This document shows, in pieces, positions 57,469 to 64,000 of a DNA stretch of 64,000 nucleotides. Position numbers and translations under genes: made by a program. The notes beneath the pieces are model-generated. The model was not told the DNA's origin, did no database searches, and saw only the letters and a program-made list of their open reading frames with translations. Origin of the DNA: Candidatus Lustribacter sp. (GTDB lineage: Bacteria > Vulcanimicrobiota > Vulcanimicrobiia > Vulcanimicrobiales > Vulcanimicrobiaceae); contig OZ255842.1 in NCBI GenBank assembly GCA_965277805.1, positions 800,001 to 864,000 on the forward strand, read 5' to 3'. The first letter of the stretch is position 1. Each line of letters begins with the position of its first letter.

Positions 57469-58137
57469 ATGGGAAAAATTTCTACGGCAATCATCATGGC
57501 GGGGCTCGCCACGGCCGGTTTATCGCAAGCGGCCGTCGCGCAAAGCCTCGCGCGCACCGCGGCGCCGGTCATCGTGGCGACAACGACCACGTCATCGACG
57601 AACATGACTGCCGCGCAGAAGAAGAAACTGGCAGCGCAAAAGGCCGCAATGGCCAAGAAAAAAGCCATGATGGCCAAGTCGAAGACGGCCGGTAGCTCGA
57701 TGGGCATGACGCACAACCCATCAGCCAACGGCAACGGTGCGGCGAACGCTCCGGCAGTCGGCAACGGCGGCAACATGGGCACCAACAACACCGGTATGGC
57801 GCCTGGGGCCACGATGGGCGGCAATGGTAATCCGTCTGCGAACGGCGTCGGAACCAACAATGCTCCGGCAGCGGGCAACGGCGGCAATATGGGCACCGGC
57901 AACAGCAACAAGGCGCCGGGCCAAGGCACGTTCGTGACGGGAAATCCGTCCGCGAACGGCAACGGCGCGGCGAACGCTCCGGCAGTCGGCAACGGCGGCG
58001 ATATGGGCACCAGCAACAGCAGCAAGGCGCCGGGTCAGGGCACGACCGTCACCGGAAATCCGTCGGCGAACGGAAATGCGGGGACCAATGCTCCGGCCAC
58101 CGGCAACGGCGGCAACATGGGGACGGCCGGCAAGTAA
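57469..58137 (+). CDS. secreted Asn/Gly-rich repeat protein (4 NPSAN repeats, Lys/Ala-rich linker)
   Basis: AGGAG RBS; signal peptide ..AAVA-Q; NPSANG..NAPA.GNGG(N/D)MG repeats. Confidence 0.82.
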   Translation: MGKISTAIIMAGLATAGLSQAAVAQSLARTAAPVIVATTTTSSTNMTAAQKKKLAAQKAAMAKKKAMMAKSKTAGSSMGMTHNPSANGNGAANAPAVGNGGNMGTNNTGMAPGATMGGNGNPSANGVGTNNAPAAGNGGNMGTGNSNKAPGQGTFVTGNPSANGNGAANAPAVGNGGDMGTSNSSKAPGQGTTVTGNPSANGNAGTNAPATGNGGNMGTAGK

Positions 58138-58149
58138 CGCCGGCGCGCG

Positions 58150-59151
58150 TCACGCGAACGGCAGGCTCGGGTCGGCCGTAAGCGTGAGCGGATCGCGAAG
58201 ATCGGCGTCGCCGCGGCGTTCTGCGGCGGCGGCGATCATCGCGGCATTATCGGTACAGAAACGGCGCTCCGGCACAAAGACCGGGAGATTGCGCTTCTCA
58301 CCGGTGCGGCGGAATGCCGTCGAGAGCGCGTTGTTCGCGGCCACGCCGCCGCTAAGCACGATCGCGCGATAGTTGCGCGCATCGAGCGCGCGTTCCACGC
58401 GATCGATAAGCACGTCGACGATCGCGGCTTGAAACGAGGCCGCGATATCCTTGGGTGCGACGACCGTCGCCGCGTCCGATGCGAGGAAGTAGCGCGCCGA
58501 AGTCTTGAGACCGGAGAACGAGAGGTCGAGCGCGCCCGCCTCGGGCCGGTAACGCGGGAAGGCCACGGCTTTTGAATTGCCGCCGCGTGCGAGCTCTTCG
58601 AGCGCCGGACCGCCGGGAAACGGCAGGCCCAACAAGCGCGCGGTTTTATCGAACGCCTCGCCGGCGGCATCGTCGCGCGTCTTCGCGATGACGCGCATCT
58701 CGCGCGCGCTCTCGACCGCCACGAGCTGTGTGTGACCGCCCGAAACGAGCAGCGCAAGAAATGGGTACGGCGGCGCGGCGCCGGTATCGAGAAACGCCGC
58801 GAAGATGTGCCCGTGCAGATGGTTCACGGCATAGAGCGGCTTGCCGGTCGCAAACGCGAGCGCTTTCGCCGTGGCGACGCCGACGACGAGGCTGCCGATC
58901 AAGCCCGGGCCGGCGGTAACGGCGATACCATCGATCGCACCGAGCGCAGTGCCGGCGCGCGCGAGCGCATCATCGATCGCGGCCGAGAGGAGGCTTGCGT
59001 GCCGGCGGCTCGCGATCTCCGGCACGATGCCGCCGTACTTGGCGTGGAACTCATCCTGATTCGTCGACACGTTCGCGAGCACGTCGCGCCCATCGCGGAC
59101 GACGGCCGTGGCGGTATCGTCGCACGACGTCTCGATCCCGAGCAGCAGCAC
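58150..59151 (-). CDS. tsaD: tRNA N6-adenosine threonylcarbamoyltransferase
   Basis: GIETSCDDT, GGIVPEIASR.H, GPGL, NHLHGH, SGGHT, DDAAGEAFDK, DNAAMIA. Confidence 0.97.
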   Translation of the reverse strand: MLLLGIETSCDDTATAVVRDGRDVLANVSTNQDEFHAKYGGIVPEIASRRHASLLSAAIDDALARAGTALGAIDGIAVTAGPGLIGSLVVGVATAKALAFATGKPLYAVNHLHGHIFAAFLDTGAAPPYPFLALLVSGGHTQLVAVESAREMRVIAKTRDDAAGEAFDKTARLLGLPFPGGPALEELARGGNSKAVAFPRYRPEAGALDLSFSGLKTSARYFLASDAATVVAPKDIAASFQAAIVDVLIDRVERALDARNYRAIVLSGGVAANNALSTAFRRTGEKRNLPVFVPERRFCTDNAAMIAAAAERRGDADLRDPLTLTADPSLPFA

Positions 59152-59154
59152 GCG

Positions 59155-59589
59155 TCACTCGTGTCCGGGCGAAAACCGGTCGAGCACGTCCCAGTCGGCG
59201 TCGAGTTCGATGTCGTAGTCGAAGGCGCGAAAGAGTACCGGTTGCGATGCGAATTCGGTGAGCACCATGTCCATCGGTTCGGGCTCGCGCACGTACCACC
59301 AGAACTCGCGCGCGCCGTGCCCGTTGAGCCGGGCGGCTTCGATCACGCCGCCCGCGTGCCGTAAGAGCGCCAGCAGCGCGCCGGTGAACTCTTCCACCGA
59401 CGCGTTTTCGGCCGGCGTCGGATAGCCGCGTTCGTCCACCGCGTCGCAGTGCACGGTCAGGTGGATGCACCACGGAAACTCGATGCTCTGTCTTTCGTTC
59501 GAGGAGAGGCGGCTCACGGCACCGACGAGCGGCATGCCGTCACGGTACCGCCCCTCGAACGGCCGCCAGTGCTCTTCGTCCATATTCAT
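59155..59589 (-). CDS. DUF695-like protein
   Basis: G.P..E, G.REFWWY, D.DW pattern; operonic between thrS and tsaD. Confidence 0.6.
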   Translation of the reverse strand: MNMDEEHWRPFEGRYRDGMPLVGAVSRLSSNERQSIEFPWCIHLTVHCDAVDERGYPTPAENASVEEFTGALLALLRHAGGVIEAARLNGHGAREFWWYVREPEPMDMVLTEFASQPVLFRAFDYDIELDADWDVLDRFSPGHE

Positions 59590-61290
59590 CTAGCGGCGCG
59601 CGTCGACGATCTCGCGCAGTTCGGCGGCAAACGCATCGATCGAGACCGTGCGCTTGGCCTCGGTACCGCGCTCGTTGACGTTGACCGTCCCATCGGCCGC
59701 TTCGGACTTGCCGACAACGAGGATGAAGGGGACTTTCTGCGTTTTCCAATGGCGGATCTTGTAGCCCAGTTTCTCGTTGGAAGAATCGACGTCCACGCGT
59801 AATCCGGCCGCGCGAAGTTTCCCCGCGGCTTCGTGCGCGTAGTCGAGCTGGTGCTCGCTGATCGGCGTGAGCACCGCTTGCACCGGCGCGAGCCAGGCCG
59901 GGAAGTTGCCCCCGAAATGCTCGATCAAGACGCCGAAGAAGCGCTCCATCGAGCCGGCCAGCGCGCGATGGATCATCACCGGGCGATGATCGGCGCCGTC
60001 GGATCCGCGATACTTCAGCTCGAAGCGTTCGGGCAAGATGAAGTCGACTTGCACGGTGCCCAGTTGCCAGGGGCGGCCGATCGCATCGTGCAGGTTGATA
60101 TCGAGTTTGGGCCCATAGAACGCGCCGCCGCCCTCGTCGACGGAGTAGGGCAGGTTGTGCGATTCGAGCGCGTTGCGAATCGCGGCTTCGGCGATATCGT
60201 CGGTCGGGCCGCGGTGTTCGCGCGTCGAGAGAAAATATTCGAAGTCATCGAAGTTGAACGCCTTCATCATGCGCAGCGCTTCATCGAGCGTCTGCTCGAA
60301 TTCGCCTTGCAGTTGTTCGGGCGTGCAGAAGAGATGCGCGTCGTCCTGCGTGAAGCCGCGCACGCGCGTGAGCCCGTGCAGCGTACCGCTGCGCTCGAAG
60401 CGATAGACCGTGCCGAACTCGGAGTAGCGGATCGGCAGATCCCGGTACGAGTGGGCCTGGCTCTTGTAGATGAGGATGTGCCCCGGGCAGTTCATCGGCT
60501 TGAGACGGAAGCGCTGGCCCTCGACTTCGATCGGGCCGAACATACCGTGCGCGAAATTCTCGAGATGGCCCGAGGTTTCATAGAGCTTCTCGTGCACGAT
60601 GTGCGGCGTGATCACCGGCTGATAACCGCGTTCCGCAAGGCCCTCGCGAATGAACGCCTCGACGATCCCGCGCACGAGCGTGCCCTTGGGATGCCAGAAG
60701 ACGAGCCCGCCGCCGGCTTCCTCTTCGACCGAATAGAGGTCGAGCTCGGGGCCGAGCTTGCGATGATCGCGCTTCGCCGCCTCCTCGAGGAACACGAGAT
60801 AGTCGTCGAGTTCTTTCTGTGTCGGAAAGGCCGTGCCGTAAATGCGCTGCAACATCGGGTTGTGCTCGTCGCCGCGCCAATAGGCACCGGCCACGCTCAT
60901 CAACTTGACCGCGCCGATTTCTCCGGTCGTCTTCGCATGGCCGCCGCGACAGAGATCGGTGAACTCGCCGATCGTGTAGAGCGTGATCGGTTCGCCTTCG
61001 GGAATATCGCGCGCGAGCTCGACCTTGAACGGATTATCGGCGTAGCGTTCGAGCGCTTCACTGCGTTCGACGCGCCGGCCGGTCATCTCGTAATCTTTTT
61101 TGACGATTTCGTGCATGCGCTTTTCGAGCTTTGTCAGGTCGTCGGCCGTGAACGGCTCGGTGCGCTGGAAATCGTAATAGAACCCGTTGTCGATCGCGGG
61201 TCCGATCGTGGGTTTTGCCTCCGGAAAGAGATCTTGCACTGCGTAGGCAAGAACGTGCGCCGCAGTATGGCGGAGTTCATCAAGGGTCAT
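59590..61290 (-). CDS. thrS: threonine--tRNA ligase (short form, no N-terminal TGS domain)
   Basis: LRHTAAH, GFYYD, DLCRGGH, RDHRK, KPMNCP, RGFTQDDAH, FYGPK, HRA..GS.ERF. Confidence 0.97.
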   Translation of the reverse strand: MTLDELRHTAAHVLAYAVQDLFPEAKPTIGPAIDNGFYYDFQRTEPFTADDLTKLEKRMHEIVKKDYEMTGRRVERSEALERYADNPFKVELARDIPEGEPITLYTIGEFTDLCRGGHAKTTGEIGAVKLMSVAGAYWRGDEHNPMLQRIYGTAFPTQKELDDYLVFLEEAAKRDHRKLGPELDLYSVEEEAGGGLVFWHPKGTLVRGIVEAFIREGLAERGYQPVITPHIVHEKLYETSGHLENFAHGMFGPIEVEGQRFRLKPMNCPGHILIYKSQAHSYRDLPIRYSEFGTVYRFERSGTLHGLTRVRGFTQDDAHLFCTPEQLQGEFEQTLDEALRMMKAFNFDDFEYFLSTREHRGPTDDIAEAAIRNALESHNLPYSVDEGGGAFYGPKLDINLHDAIGRPWQLGTVQVDFILPERFELKYRGSDGADHRPVMIHRALAGSMERFFGVLIEHFGGNFPAWLAPVQAVLTPISEHQLDYAHEAAGKLRAAGLRVDVDSSNEKLGYKIRHWKTQKVPFILVVGKSEAADGTVNVNERGTEAKRTVSIDAFAAELREIVDARR

Positions 61291-61328
61291 TACCTCTGTC
61301 TTGGCGCCGCGCGCCCGGGAAGCCTCGA

Positions 61329-61763
61329 TTGAGCGCCGCGTACCCCCATCTGCTGCTCAACCACCTGCCGGTGGACGCAGCGCTCGCGGCGACCGTCTTG
61401 CTGGCCGTCGCGGCCTACCGCCGCACGCTCGAAGGCGCCGTCTATGGCTACGTCGCGCTGGTGCTGGTGGCCGTGCTTGCCATTCTGACGTTTGTCAGCG
61501 GCAACTTCGCCCCGCCCGCGCTGGCCCAAGTGCCGGGCATCTCGCGCGACCAAATCACGTTTCACCAGATCACCGGCCTCGCCGCGATGATCGTTTCGGT
61601 GCTGGTCGGCTTGCTGGCCAGCATCCCGCTCGTGCTCACGAACGTTGCGGCGAAGCGCGGCGTGGTGATCGCATACCTGATCCTCGCTCTCGCGCTGGAT
61701 GCGGTGTTCGTGTTTACCGCCGGCACCGGCGGCGCGATCCGGCACACGGAACTTTTGCACTGA
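61329..61763 (+). CDS. membrane protein (DUF2231-like)
   Basis: HLLLNHLPV N-terminus, four TM segments, GGAIRHTE C-terminus. Confidence 0.65.
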   Translation: MSAAYPHLLLNHLPVDAALAATVLLAVAAYRRTLEGAVYGYVALVLVAVLAILTFVSGNFAPPALAQVPGISRDQITFHQITGLAAMIVSVLVGLLASIPLVLTNVAAKRGVVIAYLILALALDAVFVFTAGTGGAIRHTELLH

Positions 61764-61770
61764 CCGTATC

Positions 61771-62805
61771 GTGAGCGCGCTGCAGCGAGGGTTCTGGTAC
61801 GCCTTTCTCGCTGCGATCGCGTTCGGCGCAACGACGCCGCTCATCGCGCTGCTCGGTGCCGGTGCCGGTTCGTGGACGACGGCCGGCTGGCTCTACCTCG
61901 GCAGCGCGCTGTTCGCCGCGACGGTGGAATGGAAGCCGGTTGCGCTCGCACGCGGATTCCGCCGTAACGCACCGCTGTTGATCGCGATCGCCGTCATCGG
62001 GGGCATGCTCGCGCCGGCGGCGTACGTGATCGGGCTGCGCGATGCCGGCCCGTTTTTTGCCGCGCTGACGTTGAACATGGAAGCGCCGTTCAGCGTCGCG
62101 ATCGCGATGCTGGTGTTTCGCGAATACGTGAGCCGCCGCGTGATCGTCGCGATGCTGGCGATCGTCGCCGGCGCGTCGATTCTGAGTGCGAGCGGCAGCG
62201 CGCGAGGCGGCTTGCACGCGGGCGTGCTGCTCGTCATTTTGGCAACTGCATTATGGGCGCTCGATAACGCGCTCTCTTCGCGCTTGCGCGGCCTCGATTC
62301 GCGCATCACCGTCTTCTGGAAGAGCGCGATCGGCGCGGCGCTGTCGCTCACGGCCGGGGCGCTGCAGCACGAAGCGATGGGAAGTGCCGGCACGGTGCTC
62401 GCTCTGCTCGTGATCGGGGCCGTGGGCTACGGCGCGAGCCTCGTGCTGTATCTGCGCGCGCAGCAAACCTTCGGCGTGGCCCGCACGGCGTCGGTCTTCG
62501 CAACGGCGCCCTTCATCGGCGCCGCCGGTGCGGTTGCGATCGGACGAACGCCGCTGAACCTCGCCGGGGTCGCAGCCTTCGCGGCGATGGCGTTCGGCGC
62601 GTTTCTGCACGCGACCGAACGGCACGCCCACCGTCACCATCATCACGCGCAAGCGCATACGCATCCGCACCGCCACGACGATGCGCATCACGACCACACG
62701 CACGACTCACCGGTGATCGGCGAACACGTCCATCCGCACGTGCACACTGAGATCGAGCATACCCACGATCACGGCCCCGACCCCGAACACTCGCACACGC
62801 ACTGA
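61771..62805 (+). CDS. EamA/DMT family transporter with His-rich C-terminal tail
   Basis: About 10 TM segments, LYLG, WALDN, APFIG; tail HAHRHHHH...HSHTH. Confidence 0.88.
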   Translation: MSALQRGFWYAFLAAIAFGATTPLIALLGAGAGSWTTAGWLYLGSALFAATVEWKPVALARGFRRNAPLLIAIAVIGGMLAPAAYVIGLRDAGPFFAALTLNMEAPFSVAIAMLVFREYVSRRVIVAMLAIVAGASILSASGSARGGLHAGVLLVILATALWALDNALSSRLRGLDSRITVFWKSAIGAALSLTAGALQHEAMGSAGTVLALLVIGAVGYGASLVLYLRAQQTFGVARTASVFATAPFIGAAGAVAIGRTPLNLAGVAAFAAMAFGAFLHATERHAHRHHHHAQAHTHPHRHDDAHHDHTHDSPVIGEHVHPHVHTEIEHTHDHGPDPEHSHTH

Positions 62806-62822
62806 CGCGGGCCGGGCCGGGG

Positions 62823-64000
62823 CTAACGTGGTGCCTCAGCGCTCAGGTCGACGTCGTCGACACCCATGAACGTGAAGCTGCTCGTGGCCGCGGTGGAACT
62901 GTAGATGCCGAAGTAGAGCGTTACCGTTTGCCCGGCAAGCGAACTCAGGTCGTAGGGGCCCTTTCGTACGTAGCCTGACTGGTATCCGACGTCGCGATTC
63001 GATGCGTTTGCGTATGAATGCGGATTCGCTTGAGCGAGGTCGAGTTCGTAGAAGAGTTGCTTGAGCAGCGTGTGCGACGCGGGTGCAAGGATCGCGGCCT
63101 CTTGCGCGCTGCCTAAACCGAATGAGCCGGCCGTCGGGCCTGGTACCGGCGTAAGGAATTGCCCGGTGCCGGAGGTCGTGAACGACGTGCCGCCGCTACC
63201 CTCGTTCACAAAGAACGTCAGTGACGCGCCTGCCGGGACGACGACGTCTTGGCAGATACCGAAGCCGCCCTTCGTGCGCCCGGCCAGGCCGGGCGGCTGA
63301 GCGGCGTTCGTATTTCCGAGAAATGCCGCGCCCGAACCGCTATGCACCACGTCGTGGACGCCCGGAGCAATCACCGCCGCGTTGGCCGTCGTTACGAGCT
63401 GGACGAAGGTGCTCGGGCTAAGGCTGCGTCCGGTCGGCTGGAGCTCGCTTTGGTTCTGACAGATGTACCACCCCGCGGGCACGACCACGGGAGCGGGCGA
63501 GGGATTGGCCAGCGTGCCGGCGCTGTAGACCGGTGATGGAGCGCCGCCGTTTTCGAAGCCCCCGTTCACGACCGCATTCGCAAGGCGCGCATACTGCGGC
63601 AGCGGACTTCCAGTTGGTGCCGCGGTCGGGGGTGCGGTGGGCCGTACTGCCGGCGGCGCGGTCGGCGGTGCCGTCGGCCGTGCTGTCGGCGGCGCGGCCG
63701 GTGGGGCGGTCGGCGGCGATCCGTTTTGGGCGACGGCTGCCTTGCGCCAAACGGGCGTGTTCCCTAGCGTCGGATCCGATCCGTCGAATTGGAACGTCGC
63801 GATGTAATCGGCACTGACCGCCCGGCCGTCGCGCTTCGCGGGCGCATAGCCTGACGAAACGGCCGTTTCGAGTGCCGCGGCGGTCAGAGCGCGGTTGGAA
63901 ATCGAAACGATCGTTGCATTTTCCGGCATGCCGTTGGAATCGACGCTGACCCGTACGACGGCTTGTCCGCGTTTCCCGATCGCGAGCAGAGTCGAACCGC
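62823..64000 (-). CDS. TonB C-terminal-like domain + Pro/Thr/Ala linker + putative carbohydrate-binding/beta-sandwich domain (5'-partial)
   Basis: Frame open to the window edge: G.AVVRVSVDSNG.P..ATI...YAPAKRDG.AV; PPTA repeats; NGGFE...GVDDV. Confidence 0.7.
   Translation of the reverse strand, partial: GSTLLAIGKRGQAVVRVSVDSNGMPENATIVSISNRALTAAALETAVSSGYAPAKRDGRAVSADYIATFQFDGSDPTLGNTPVWRKAAVAQNGSPPTAPPAAPPTARPTAPPTAPPAVRPTAPPTAAPTGSPLPQYARLANAVVNGGFENGGAPSPVYSAGTLANPSPAPVVVPAGWYICQNQSELQPTGRSLSPSTFVQLVTTANAAVIAPGVHDVVHSGSGAAFLGNTNAAQPPGLAGRTKGGFGICQDVVVPAGASLTFFVNEGSGGTSFTTSGTGQFLTPVPGPTAGSFGLGSAQEAAILAPASHTLLKQLFYELDLAQANPHSYANASNRDVGYQSGYVRKGPYDLSSLAGQTVTLYFGIYSSTAATSSFTFMGVDDVDLSAEAPR

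Noticed and set aside
59590-61290. Short ThrRS as a truncated pseudogene
   Set aside because: Editing, catalytic and anticodon domains are intact; TGS-less forms are known.

Overview
High-GC bacterial chromosomal window. Gene content is compatible with a Terrabacteria-type soil lineage, possibly Eremiobacterota/Vulcanimicrobiota; this is inference only. The left ~8.7 kb is accessory. It holds catabolic/transport genes, then a lower-GC ~4.4 kb degraded integrative element (3553-7946). That element is bounded by a duplicated tRNA-Glu 3' end and carries an apparently catalytically dead Xer-like recombinase fused to a PLD-like nuclease domain, a frameshifted PIN-like gene and an ATPase/integrase chimera. 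Next come tRNA-Glu(CTC), tRNA-Gln(CTG) and an HNH endonuclease gene. The HNH reading frame runs through the whole tRNA-Gln gene, and its start codon abuts a perfect Gram-positive-type LexA box. The rest is mostly core metabolism: NDP-sugar synthases and glycosyltransferases; two tandem PcrA/UvrD paralogs (the second lacks key ssDNA-binding residues); dapB-asd-aspartokinase-dapA; riboflavin genes (RibBA fused to an XRE HTH); mtnA and holA; a large, unusual purine cluster (animal-PAICS-like PurC-PurE fusion, two archaeal-type PurP, double-length PurS, GNAT-PurN fusion); an aromatic-catabolism-like block; pepA; two secreted Asn/Gly-rich NPSAN-repeat proteins; tsaD; thrS; and transporters. Calls come from motif recognition by eye; no database searches were run.
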